A DNA stretch of 64,000 nt from Barthelona sp. PCE (Eukaryota). The notes under the pieces were generated by a model. That model saw only the letters and a list, made by a program, of their open reading frames with translations. It ran no database searches and was not told where the DNA came from. Both the position numbers and the translations under genes were made by a program. Below, in pieces: positions 29,933 to 40,222 of the stretch (the stretch's first letter is position 1; each line of letters opens with the position of its first letter). The stretch spans positions 124,001 to 188,000 of the forward strand of contig JAUFOR010000002.1 in assembly GCA_040285745.1 (NCBI GenBank). Reading direction: 5' to 3'.

Positions 29933-32900
29933 CTATGTTTGCCACACAATCTCTTCAATTACACCTTCAAGTGTCCTGTTCATGAGTGCAATGAGCTGTG
30001 AGATGGAAAATACACAGTATCTCTGTTCTCCTTCTTTCTTAGGCTTCGATTCTTCCATATCATGCAAAAATGTCACACCTCTGTAGTTGTCAACCTTCGA
30101 CTCCTGAAGCTTGAACGCGTCGGGTCTCAGAACGACGCCAATCTCCGTGTAGTCCATGTTGGGGAAGAGCAAACAAACACCTTCAGTTTTTGCCTGTAAT
30201 TCGTCATACAATTCCTTGAGGGGGTTAACAACAAAGATTGCGTTGTTGTACTCTGAATGTGTCTTTGCCAGTGATAAATTAGCGTACTTCTGCTTTTGCT
30301 GCTTTGAATTCTTGCTGAAAATATCGCTACATTTGATCGTAAAGTTGAATCGTTGTCTCTCCTCCTCTTCTGAAACTGGAGCACCAAGGAACTGTTCATA
30401 GCGGCGCTCGGGCAGCTTATTCAACCGGTTGAGTGTGTATCTAGCCATTGTCACGACGAGTTGAAGCGAGTACTGATCTACGCCATTATTCCACAGAGTG
30501 CCATCAGCATCGTACGCGGTGATGATGCGGATACACTCCTCCTTCTTGGAAGCCTTGGAGAAAGATGAGACGTGGATGATGTTTTCAAGAGAAATGTCTG
30601 AAAAAGAGGGAACCAGCATTGTGTTAGGTGTGGTTACGCTGAGTTCAGATACAAATCGGAATGCGTGATTCACAAGCGCGCTGGTATTACACGTACGATA
30701 CCCGAGGGCGAATGCGCTGGCAACGGCACCGCAGAACAGCAATTCTATAAACTCTGATCGGAACGGGAGCATCTTAGCGACTGCCCAAGCTCTAAAGAGA
30801 CGGAAAGCGCGCAGAACGCCCTTGTTGTTGGGATGCAGATAGTTCTTCACCATTGATACGTGGTGTTTCTTTGCATAGTAGAACTGATCAAAAACTATAC
30901 GTGTGGGTGTACCCATGTCATCTTCCTCCTTAAGGTAGATGGCACGTTGCGACGGAACGTAGATCTCAAACGACCAGACATAACCGCCAAAGACAACGAT
31001 AAGACGGTTTGTGGCTACGGCTGAGAAAAGAGACTTACCGTACTGCGGCAGCTTGCGGAGACCGGCGTGCATCTCAACGTAAAACCCAATCTTCAGCTGA
31101 TCGATCGCCACAGCATCCTCAGGCCAACCACCGCTATGTTCCAATGTCAGGAGGACGCGCTCTCCTTCATAGAAGCTGTGCTCATCGGCAGGGAGTGGTG
31201 TGTCGAAAAGAGGCGTTGGTTCCCTGATGTAACTCGATTTGTCAGACAATGAAGAGAAGTTGATAACGGTCAGTGGTAGCTCTAGTCCCTTGATTATGTC
31301 TGTGACTTCACCATACGCAGCGTCGAACGCAAAGTGGGGGTCCAGGTTCTCCTTTGCGGGTGCATCATTGACCTTGAGCGTGAATGCCAAGTCGAATTTG
31401 AACGATTCAACCTTCATCAGCAAAAGACGTTGGAATAGATAGCTTACGACAACGTACATACGCTCGACCAGCGACACTTTCTTAGGGAGTATGACGGTCT
31501 CGAGAATAGACCCGTCCTTGAATCTTCGAAGACCTGAGAGCTCACCCCAGAACTGATAGAACTCTCTTGCGGCAGCGGTCTTGGCTGTTGGTCCCTTTAG
31601 GACATAATCGAATCTGTAGTTATCGTTCAAGCGCAGCATCAATTGCAGGTCCTCACCCGGTACCGCTACAACTGCGTCGAACAATGGGAGAGAAGCGAGG
31701 ACGGATGCAAACTCCATCATGAAAAGCCAAGCGAACTCATCGACTGACTGGCATAGCAGTTGCTGAAGGGTGCCGTTCTCATACCACAAACCCATTGTTA
31801 GATCCTGGATAGAGAGACCAAAATCGCTGAGAGTCATTTTGTAGTCGAAGTGGTCCGAAACGGTTTTCTTCTTATGGAAGAGTGCGTTGAAGCAGTCAAC
31901 AACGACGCCTTCTTCGTATTGGAGCATGGCATACATGTCGGAAAAGAGCATCTTAAGTATTGATACAAACGACAGTGGCATGTACCTCAGGACATTCAGT
32001 CCATCAACAATAAATATGCCAACGTTCCTCTCCTCAAACAGGGAGTACTCGGCGAGAGCCTGCTTCTCAAAGCGCTTCTTTTGCATCTTTGACATAACCT
32101 TACTGTTGATAATGACCAAATTGGTTATTCCGTCCTTGAAATGAGAAAGGAAAACACGAAGCAGCTGGAAACTGCTCATATGGTTGAAGATAAGACTGTT
32201 TTTGAAGAGATATAACCACAAAACGTTGGTGTCAAATTTGAATGTCTCCAAGAAATACTTCTTTGAGAGACCATGGTTCGTCAGCAACAGGTCAAGGAGA
32301 ACCATACCCTGTGATACGTTGGGCACGGTCTCAAACATAACCAAAAAGTCATCGCGAAGTGAATCACGAATACCGAGTTCAATTAAGCTTTGATTGTAGT
32401 AGATTGAAGGGACTGGATCACATTCCACGGGCTCAGGGAGCTTTTCAGGATGGATGTTGCACCTCTGAAGGGAAACAATATCTTCTGAGAATTGGTTGTC
32501 CAGGCAAGGGTTGATCCGCAGTTGAATGCGTTTCTCAATCTTTGGCAGCACAATAGATACCATGACAGAAGCTTCCTCTGTATCTACGTCGTCAACCCAC
32601 TCGAGATTAATCATTTGTGAAGCCAGGTGTGTTTGGAGTGCCGTGATTACGTCTGTGATGAGGTTGTTACGTACCTTGAAGCTACCCACGAGTTCGAAAG
32701 GGTACACTGCAAGGAGGTCTACAACGAAAACATCATCTTTCGCATTGAATGCTGTGAAAAGGTAGTCACCATATGTGACAATTTTGGGGCGTTCAAAGCG
32801 AATTCTACGATGATCCTTATCATGGTTGATGAAGGAGAGACCGTTCTCGATCTGATCGCGAATAGTAAACTCTGTAGCTTCCAGAGAATTGATGAATTGA

Positions 32901-33109
32901 AAAAACTGATGCTTTAAGAAGTTTGCAATTCCACTGTATACTTGTTTGGGGACAATTGAGTCTTCCAGGAGGCCCTCTACGAGACGTTTCATGACGAAAC
33001 CCGAATATAGAAGCTTAGCCGACTGGATCTCCTGCAGCTCTTCCAGTGTCGGTAAGTCTTTATCGTGAAGCTTCGTTCTCTGGGCCTTTAATGGTGGTGA
33101 GTTTGGCAT
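29933..33109 (-). CDS. UTP22: Utp22/NOL6 (Nrap) SSU processome protein
   Basis: KGPTAKTAAAREFYQFWGELSGLRRFKDGSILETV and LEHSGGWPEDAVAIDQLKIGF. Start taken at ATG 33109. Confidence 0.9.
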   Translation of the reverse strand: MPNSPPLKAQRTKLHDKDLPTLEELQEIQSAKLLYSGFVMKRLVEGLLEDSIVPKQVYSGIANFLKHQFFQFINSLEATEFTIRDQIENGLSFINHDKDHRRIRFERPKIVTYGDYLFTAFNAKDDVFVVDLLAVYPFELVGSFKVRNNLITDVITALQTHLASQMINLEWVDDVDTEEASVMVSIVLPKIEKRIQLRINPCLDNQFSEDIVSLQRCNIHPEKLPEPVECDPVPSIYYNQSLIELGIRDSLRDDFLVMFETVPNVSQGMVLLDLLLTNHGLSKKYFLETFKFDTNVLWLYLFKNSLIFNHMSSFQLLRVFLSHFKDGITNLVIINSKVMSKMQKKRFEKQALAEYSLFEERNVGIFIVDGLNVLRYMPLSFVSILKMLFSDMYAMLQYEEGVVVDCFNALFHKKKTVSDHFDYKMTLSDFGLSIQDLTMGLWYENGTLQQLLCQSVDEFAWLFMMEFASVLASLPLFDAVVAVPGEDLQLMLRLNDNYRFDYVLKGPTAKTAAAREFYQFWGELSGLRRFKDGSILETVILPKKVSLVERMYVVVSYLFQRLLLMKVESFKFDLAFTLKVNDAPAKENLDPHFAFDAAYGEVTDIIKGLELPLTVINFSSLSDKSSYIREPTPLFDTPLPADEHSFYEGERVLLTLEHSGGWPEDAVAIDQLKIGFYVEMHAGLRKLPQYGKSLFSAVATNRLIVVFGGYVWSFEIYVPSQRAIYLKEEDDMGTPTRIVFDQFYYAKKHHVSMVKNYLHPNNKGVLRAFRLFRAWAVAKMLPFRSEFIELLFCGAVASAFALGYRTCNTSALVNHAFRFVSELSVTTPNTMLVPSFSDISLENIIHVSSFSKASKKEECIRIITAYDADGTLWNNGVDQYSLQLVVTMARYTLNRLNKLPERRYEQFLGAPVSEEEERQRFNFTIKCSDIFSKNSKQQKQKYANLSLAKTHSEYNNAIFVVNPLKELYDELQAKTEGVCLLFPNMDYTEIGVVLRPDAFKLQESKVDNYRGVTFLHDMEESKPKKEGEQRYCVFSISQLIALMNRTLEGVIEEIVWQT

Positions 33110-33309
33110 TAAGTGCAGAACCAATTAAAACGAAGGGAAAAGGAATAAAGTCTGTTATTCGAGGTTGTATCCTTACATTCTTTTGTTTGTAAAGGCTGTT
33201 GCTTCCTTAAACATAGTTCTAGAATGTTAAAAACACACAGGAGATAAAAAACAAAAACCACCACAAAAATACTATTCTTTACAATTTGAAAAACTATGAA
33301 ATGCATGTA

Positions 33310-34482
33310 TTAATCACCAATGGGGATCATTTCGTTACCATTCATCTCTTCCTGAGCCGCAATAAACTCTTCATGTTCGCGAACCATAATCTCAAATTCA
33401 TCATCGTTATCATCATAAAATTCACGCATTGTGTTAAAAACATGCATCTTAATATCTTCCGGTTCCAGGATCTCAAGCTCTTCAAATTCATCAGCGTCGC
33501 ACACAAATTTAGAGACGGGTTCTTTCTGTTCATCATGGAACTGAGCCAGATATGGGTGTTCCAGTGCTTCTGCCGCGCTGAGCCTACTGTGAGGGTTGAA
33601 GACAACTAATTTATCCAACAAGTCAAGAGCGAGAGGGTTCGCATCAGGGAACAGTCTCTCCCAGTTGACCTTATTTGAACTTGGCAACGAATCCAAAAAG
33701 TGCAGCGCCTTGCGGCTCTTAATGTATGAACGATCTTCTGCACTGGGATTTCCAAGAAGCATCACAATCTTTTTGATCTGGTCAAGGAAGTTCTCACCAG
33801 TTAGAAGTGGTGCACGGCCCAGAAGTTCGGCAAGAATGAGGCCAACAGACCACATGTCGAGTTTCTCGGAGTAGTAATCGAAACCCAGCATGACTTCAGG
33901 GGCACGATACCAACGAGTTGCAACATAAGGAGTCAGACGATCTGCTGAGTACTGCTCTGGTCCTTGTACACGTGCAAGACCGAAATCACAAATTTTAATC
34001 TCGCAGTTAGCCTTGATCAAAATATTTGATGGCTTTATGTCACGGTGGATGATTTGAGCTGAATGTAGGTACTTGAGCGCTGTGCAGATCTGCCAGATGA
34101 AGAATTGATAGTGGCTGTCTTGTAGCACTTGACGACTGGCAATAATACGGTGCAAATCAGTGTCCATAAATTCTGTGACAAGATGGATGTCATCAAAAGC
34201 CTGATACGTGGGTGGCTTGATGATTTTCTTCAGTGTGAGGATACAAGGATGATCAATTGTGGTCATGAGCTTAATTTCTCTCAATGTTCGCTTTGCGTCG
34301 GTAGAATTATGAAATGCGTTGAGAATCTTCTTAATGGCGACCTTTTCACCAGTCTCACGATCCTCAGCAGCACTAACAACACCGTATGCACCAGTTCCCA
34401 AGAAGGATTTCACGTCATAGCAGTTTTCCAGCTCATGCTTCATACCAGCAAAAATACGCTTTGCAGCTTCCTTAGTAGGCAT
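33310..34482 (-). CDS. Mitogen-activated protein kinase (ERK-like, TPY activation loop)
   Basis: GTGAYGVV, DAKRTLREIKL, HRDIKPSN, DFGLAR, TPYVATRWYRAPE. Confidence 0.95.
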   Translation of the reverse strand: MPTKEAAKRIFAGMKHELENCYDVKSFLGTGAYGVVSAAEDRETGEKVAIKKILNAFHNSTDAKRTLREIKLMTTIDHPCILTLKKIIKPPTYQAFDDIHLVTEFMDTDLHRIIASRQVLQDSHYQFFIWQICTALKYLHSAQIIHRDIKPSNILIKANCEIKICDFGLARVQGPEQYSADRLTPYVATRWYRAPEVMLGFDYYSEKLDMWSVGLILAELLGRAPLLTGENFLDQIKKIVMLLGNPSAEDRSYIKSRKALHFLDSLPSSNKVNWERLFPDANPLALDLLDKLVVFNPHSRLSAAEALEHPYLAQFHDEQKEPVSKFVCDADEFEELEILEPEDIKMHVFNTMREFYDDNDDEFEIMVREHEEFIAAQEEMNGNEMIPIGD

Positions 34483-34684
34483 GTTTAAAATAGAGAAAAG
34501 GAAAATATATCAAAAACGAAAAAGTTTTTCTGTGATGATTAGTGTCAGGGACATCGTTTCAAATACAGGTAAGGATCTGTTATTCATAATTATGTGAAAA
34601 ATGTAAAGTGGTAATATACTTATTGAGCGACAATGAGCAACATGTAAAGGAATGGTTTCTGTTTACTATTTAATACATTATTGG

Positions 34685-35857
34685 TTAGACTTGGGAGAGA
34701 GCGTTGTCTAGATCAGCAATGATATCATCAATGTGCTCGAGACCAACATGAAGACGAACAAGACCGGGGTGAATACCAGCGGCGATCTTCTCCTCTTCGG
34801 GTACACCAGAGTGTGTTGTTAGGGCGGGTACACACAGAAGAGAGTCTGTACAACCAAGAGAGACGGCATTGGTAAAGATCTTAACGGCCTCAACGAAGCG
34901 GACAGCGCCAGACTCGTCACACTCCATCTCAAAGGAGAAGGTTGAACCGTAGCCAGATGATTGCTTTGTGTGAACGGCATAACCAGGGTGGGACTCGAGG
35001 CAGGGATGCCAGACCTTCTTGACCTTAGGGTGAGCTTCAAGGTGGTGAGCAACTGCAAGTCCGTTCTTATAGTGCTCCATCATCCTGAGGGGGAGCGTTC
35101 TCATACCTCTGGCAATGAGGTGAGCGTCGGAGGGGCTGAGGAGAGCACCAAAGTCGACTCTGAACTCCATCAAATGTGTGAACATCTCGGCATCGTTCAT
35201 AACGGCGGCACCGAAGATCAAATCGCCGTGACCATTGAGGTACTTTGTTCCAGAGTGGACGACGATGTCAGCACCAAGGCTGAGAGGGTTGCAAAAGATG
35301 GGGGTGGTGAAAGTGTTATCAACAATGCAGAGACAGTTGTTTTCGTGGGCGATCTTGGCAACTTCTTCGATATCGACAACCTTCAGGTTAGGGTTGGCAG
35401 GGGTCTCGAAGTAGACAATCTTTGTGGCATCAGTGATGGCGTTCTTAACGTTTTCGACATCACCCATGTCGACAATGGTACGCTTGATACCGTATTGCTC
35501 GAAACGTCTTGAGAGAGAAACTGTGCATCCATAGACGCAATCAGACATTACAACTTCATCACCAGCCTTCAAGTTTGCGAAGAGTGAAGCTGAAATTGCA
35601 GCCATACCTGAGCTAAAACCAAGGCAGAATTTGCCACCTTCAGATTCAGCGATAATATGCTCTGTGTTCTGGACAGTAGGGTTTGCAAGACGAGAGTAAA
35701 TGTGGCCCTCGGCTTCACCATTGAAAAGAGATGAACCGTGTGCAACAGAATCGAAGGAAAAGGTGCTTGTTAAAAACACGGGGAATACGTGACTGTTGAA
35801 GGGGTGTTTGTACTTGTGGGATTGAACACAAGTGGTTCCGGTTTGAGGTTGAGACAT
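34685..35857 (-). CDS. mgl: Methionine gamma-lyase (PLP-dependent trans-sulfuration family)
   Basis: YSRLANPT, SSGMAAI, VYGCT (the MGL-typical Cys), ETPANP, DNTF, HSGTKYLNGHGD, AVSLG. Confidence 0.88.
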   Translation of the reverse strand: MSQPQTGTTCVQSHKYKHPFNSHVFPVFLTSTFSFDSVAHGSSLFNGEAEGHIYSRLANPTVQNTEHIIAESEGGKFCLGFSSGMAAISASLFANLKAGDEVVMSDCVYGCTVSLSRRFEQYGIKRTIVDMGDVENVKNAITDATKIVYFETPANPNLKVVDIEEVAKIAHENNCLCIVDNTFTTPIFCNPLSLGADIVVHSGTKYLNGHGDLIFGAAVMNDAEMFTHLMEFRVDFGALLSPSDAHLIARGMRTLPLRMMEHYKNGLAVAHHLEAHPKVKKVWHPCLESHPGYAVHTKQSSGYGSTFSFEMECDESGAVRFVEAVKIFTNAVSLGCTDSLLCVPALTTHSGVPEEEKIAAGIHPGLVRLHVGLEHIDDIIADLDNALSQV

Positions 35858-36269
35858 TGAAGAAGGGGGATAAAAAGAATGTAGGAAAGTATGGCATTTT
35901 ATATTCTTGCTACAGTTGACTACCACTTACGTGGGTGTTGTGGTAGTTACGCAAAGTAAAGCACGTTGAGACCAGTGGTAACTGAACAAAAGAAAAGTTG
36001 CCTTTAGTAATTCAATATCTGAAAGTTTTACTGGATTGGAAATCAACCACATTGGCTAAACTTGTAGTACCGTGTTGCTATCGCAGTTGCAAATTTGTGT
36101 TGTATGATTGAAGTATAATAAAGATGAAGCAGTCAATAGTGGATTTAGTCATGTAACATACTCATGATTAACCGTATATTGGTTTATACTCACAATGTAA
36201 CGTGTTTTTTAAACTAAAAGGGAATTTGGTATCGATATTATCAATTATTTCCCATTCTCAACTGATCAT

Positions 36270-36431
36270 ATGGACTTTGAACGTGAAACAGAGGGCACTC
36301 CACTTATCGAGGGCAAGGAAACCAATATAAAACTACCGCAGTCAACCAACAAGGTTTATGTTCTCACTGTTCTCAGCATTATCTTTATTATTATATCCAT
36401 TGTGTTTCTCAAGGTCGATCTTAATCGATAA
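36270..36431 (+). CDS. 53-aa small tail-anchored membrane protein (not in the ORF track)
   Basis: MDFERETEGTPLIEGKETNIKLPQSTNKVYVLTVLSIIFIIISIVFLKVDLNR*, with an acidic dileucine motif (EGTPLI) and one C-terminal TM helix. Confidence 0.6.
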   Translation: MDFERETEGTPLIEGKETNIKLPQSTNKVYVLTVLSIIFIIISIVFLKVDLNR

Positions 36432-36526
36432 GAGCATCTTTTAAATGGTATAAATCACTTTACAATGATCATACAATGATTTCTGTTTATTGGTTTTTTC
36501 TCTGCGTTTTACCATCTATACTAATA

Positions 36527-39500
36527 TTACTCAATGAGATCCATCAGGCTCTTAACGCCCGAGGCATTATCCTTCTTATACTTATTGATATACTTAACAA
36601 ATTGTGTCTTAAACGTTTTATCCTGCAAGAATGGTTCCAATACAGCGATGTTCTTACGCAATGCAGAAAAAACGCTCGCAGAAGTGGGGCATATGAGCAG
36701 GAATGCAATAAAACGTTGCATTGTTGAAGCTCCAAACAGATTATCGCTGTTTAGATATCGATTAACAATAGAGACAATTTGCTTCGGTCCCATCAGCCCA
36801 GAAATTGTCTTTGCAAAGACAGGGAAGACCTTGTTATCAAATAAAAACGTTGTAGGTTGGTGAAATTGAAGCAAAATTGGATCCACTTCATCACTGTTCT
36901 CTTCATCCACATCCACAAGCACATTGACCTTCTTTAGGTCGTCTAGCGTGTCACATAATAATAGAACTGTGATCAATAGCAAGCTCGAGCTCAATTCGGT
37001 CGAACCTAAAGAGTGGACAAAGTCAGACCACAACATAAGTGTTTTCTCCTCAGGCTCGATACTAATAACGATGTTATGGTCTTCATGACGCTCAAACATT
37101 GCTCCAAGAGAGAAGAAAAGAAAATATATAAGAATTTTGTTGATCTTCAGGAGTCCATTCAGAATCAGATTTGTGATAACAGTGAACAGGAGAAGCTTTA
37201 GTTTATGAGGACAGTCCACCAATAGAAGAGAGCAAATCTTGCTCACATGTTCCAACAAAAGATTGTTGTGATGGCTCACGAGATCATATAAGGACGTAAT
37301 GAGGTACTCGGCGCGTGCATAAGATCGTGTTTTAACAGCGTTGACCAAAAGTGAGAAGTATGCGTTGATGTTACTCTGACAAAATTTCGGGTCGAGAATC
37401 AGTAGCGTAACAAACGTTTGCAAAACAACCATTGATTTGGTGACGTCGTTTTGACTGCACACGTTCTTGAGCAGGTTAAAGTACGGTCGCACTACGGCGT
37501 TTGATCCAAAGGACTCAAGGGAGAGGTACAGCTCAGATATGGAGGATTCAAGTTCAGCTATTGTAGACTGGTCATCTGGTTCTGCACTACCAGACTGGAC
37601 ACGCTCTATTATGGTTGACAACATGCGCTGCTTCTTTGTGATAGTTGCACGGTTTGCGATCGAGCAGCACAAAAATGTCTGGTTCAACACCAAAAGCATC
37701 TTATGGGGCTGGTTTCTGATTTGATCAACCACACGCATAAGGATAAACTTAACAACGCCAATTTCATCCGATTCCAATGCCTTGAATACATTGAGTATAG
37801 CATACTTGATCACGTTCAGCCACGGCATCGGGTCGTACTCAACACCGTCCTCTGACAGACCAAAGTTATCGACAATTAGACTGACAAGGTAGTTGATGAC
37901 GGACGAGCCCATCTCTGTTAAATGTGTGTGCATGAATTCAAGGATGGACACAATCAGGGATGTGAGCGGTCTATCATGTGTTGCATTCTCCACAACGCTT
38001 CTGATTATGGAGCAACACATCTCAGCTGTGAAATAGTCTCTTTGAATTCGGCTGAGAATGAAGAATGCCGCCGATCGAAGGCTGTCATTTCGCGACTGTA
38101 AAAAGCGCTGTAGAACCTCATAGTGCTCGGGAGTCATCACTGGGTAAACGAAGTGTGGTGCATCGAATGATTTGACAATGCCCTTTCTGAACTCGGTTCT
38201 GTATTCTGTTGTGAACAAAAGCACGACATTTTCAAGGAACTCCAGCTCCGCAAGAGAAAGGCTGCTGACAAACTCACAAAGAAAACGAGTAATGAACACT
38301 ACACGGTCTGTTTCCGAGTTTGTGTTTCTGTCAAATGCAAAAATAGTCTCTCCAAACGCAAAAAGCACCAGATTCATAAGCTCTACGCGTTCGCTTTCTT
38401 TCTCAGCAGTACGAGGATCGCAAAAAGGAAGGATACGACGCAATTCAACAATGGGAACAACCGAGAAAGAGATCATATGCACCAAAACATGACCTGCCAT
38501 AACACTGTCTCGGTGAAAGCCACTGTTTAGGAGGAGATAGAGCTTCTCAGTGCAACCCTGAAGAAGCGTAACAAAGAACTTACACATCAGGATGGTCTCT
38601 TCATCTTGCGTCAATTCAACCATCTCCATGACCTCTGTGATTTTCTCAATACTCTCCTCTTCGGTCTTTTCTTCAACAGTCTCGACAGTCTCTTCAGCTT
38701 CGTCAACTTCCTCCGACCTTTCTTCCTCAGAGCGCTCATTGTTCTCATCAACGGTCTCCATCTCTTCGTTGCCAAAGAGCATCACTGCTATGTCCTCATC
38801 CATCTCAAAGCGCCCACTGCGTATCATTCGTAGAAACATCATGCGCTTTTCGGAACACACGCTTTCAAATGATTCATTCAGATGCTTGGCATTGAGATAA
38901 TGCCCGTAAGGGTTCTTTTGCAAACATACAAGAAGCGTGTCCAACACCTGCCTTCGGACAGGCTGACTTTTATCTAGGACATGGTTGCAGAGTATTTTGG
39001 CAACACTATTGTAATGCTCTTTAGCAATTTTCTCATGCTCCAACAAACCACGGAGCTCACGGAAGCAACTACTTCGCACATAATGTGTCGGATCTAGTCT
39101 TTTAGTGAGTAGGATCTGTAGGTACTCCAGATTGAATTCAACCATTAAAAGCTGACTGAAGATAGCAATAATCATCTTACGGACCTGATATATTCCATTG
39201 AATTCCAGCTCTTTCAGCACAGATACATGCTTCAAAAACACACTTGGAATAACAGTGGATAACTCAACGATGAAATCACAATAGCAATTGATAACAGCGG
39301 TCTTTAGTGTTCCCACAACCTTCCAGTCGTTCTTCAGGAGCTTATCTATTAAGTTTGTTGTGATATTTGGGGTTAATAATAGAAGTTCAATCAAAAAAGA
39401 AACGTCAAGCTTCTTGGAGCCGATGTTGCTTGATTCAAACGCCGATAGAATGTATGAATTCAAGCTCTGTATATATCTGACACCGTGGTCTCCTCTGGTC

Positions 39501-40144
39501 TCACAGCTCAGATCCTCTAGCGATAGCAAAACATACGCGAAATTTTGCAAAAAATTAGTCACCGATGCCTTCCATTTAACAGTCTTCTTCTTTCCTTTCA
39601 TCGGGGAGAGGCGCAGTAGCAGCGGCAAGAGTTCAAAACAAAATTCAATGAGACCATACGAATAAAGATTCTCAAAAATTCGGAGACCTTCATTAGCAGC
39701 ATCCATGAAAAGAGCAAGGTCAGCCATAATTGCTTCGGAGACCGGCCCATAAAGGATCTTGTATGTGATTGATAGACCAATGAAGAGGAGACTGAAGTAT
39801 TCCTGCTGTAAGAACGCGTCAATATTTTCTTCCTGTGAAATGGCTGCCAACCGCTGCCGAACAAATGTAAGGGCGGCGCTTGCATACGTGTAAATCTCAG
39901 ATATGCTACTTTCGACATCCCATTCCATGGAAATTGTACCCAAGAAAAACGCGCATTGTTCTTCTGTAATGAATCCATCTTCTATGGACTGAACGGTGCA
40001 CTGTGCGACATGTTCGGCGCATTCAGCCAATGACATTGCGGTTTCAAGCCCCTGTAAAGAAAAAAAATCATTGTGTAATAAAAGTCCGTTTCCCAAGTCT
40101 TCCAATGAGGAAGGGAACTGGTAAAATTCCAGGTTGGTGGTCAT
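36527..40144 (-). CDS. NCAPD2: Condensin HEAT subunit CAP-D2/Cnd1/Ycs4-like
   Basis: LDPTHYVRSSCF, LDKSQPVRRQVLDTLLVCLQKNPYG, FCQSNINAYFSLL, ITNLILNGLLKI. Confidence 0.75.
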   Translation of the reverse strand: MTTNLEFYQFPSSLEDLGNGLLLHNDFFSLQGLETAMSLAECAEHVAQCTVQSIEDGFITEEQCAFFLGTISMEWDVESSISEIYTYASAALTFVRQRLAAISQEENIDAFLQQEYFSLLFIGLSITYKILYGPVSEAIMADLALFMDAANEGLRIFENLYSYGLIEFCFELLPLLLRLSPMKGKKKTVKWKASVTNFLQNFAYVLLSLEDLSCETRGDHGVRYIQSLNSYILSAFESSNIGSKKLDVSFLIELLLLTPNITTNLIDKLLKNDWKVVGTLKTAVINCYCDFIVELSTVIPSVFLKHVSVLKELEFNGIYQVRKMIIAIFSQLLMVEFNLEYLQILLTKRLDPTHYVRSSCFRELRGLLEHEKIAKEHYNSVAKILCNHVLDKSQPVRRQVLDTLLVCLQKNPYGHYLNAKHLNESFESVCSEKRMMFLRMIRSGRFEMDEDIAVMLFGNEEMETVDENNERSEEERSEEVDEAEETVETVEEKTEEESIEKITEVMEMVELTQDEETILMCKFFVTLLQGCTEKLYLLLNSGFHRDSVMAGHVLVHMISFSVVPIVELRRILPFCDPRTAEKESERVELMNLVLFAFGETIFAFDRNTNSETDRVVFITRFLCEFVSSLSLAELEFLENVVLLFTTEYRTEFRKGIVKSFDAPHFVYPVMTPEHYEVLQRFLQSRNDSLRSAAFFILSRIQRDYFTAEMCCSIIRSVVENATHDRPLTSLIVSILEFMHTHLTEMGSSVINYLVSLIVDNFGLSEDGVEYDPMPWLNVIKYAILNVFKALESDEIGVVKFILMRVVDQIRNQPHKMLLVLNQTFLCCSIANRATITKKQRMLSTIIERVQSGSAEPDDQSTIAELESSISELYLSLESFGSNAVVRPYFNLLKNVCSQNDVTKSMVVLQTFVTLLILDPKFCQSNINAYFSLLVNAVKTRSYARAEYLITSLYDLVSHHNNLLLEHVSKICSLLLVDCPHKLKLLLFTVITNLILNGLLKINKILIYFLFFSLGAMFERHEDHNIVISIEPEEKTLMLWSDFVHSLGSTELSSSLLLITVLLLCDTLDDLKKVNVLVDVDEENSDEVDPILLQFHQPTTFLFDNKVFPVFAKTISGLMGPKQIVSIVNRYLNSDNLFGASTMQRFIAFLLICPTSASVFSALRKNIAVLEPFLQDKTFKTQFVKYINKYKKDNASGVKSLMDLIE

Positions 40145-40222
40145 TCACGAGTGAAAAGGGAAATCAATCGATTAGCATCGTGCTTTCATATATTCTCTCC
40201 GTTTCACTATATTTTGTCGAAC

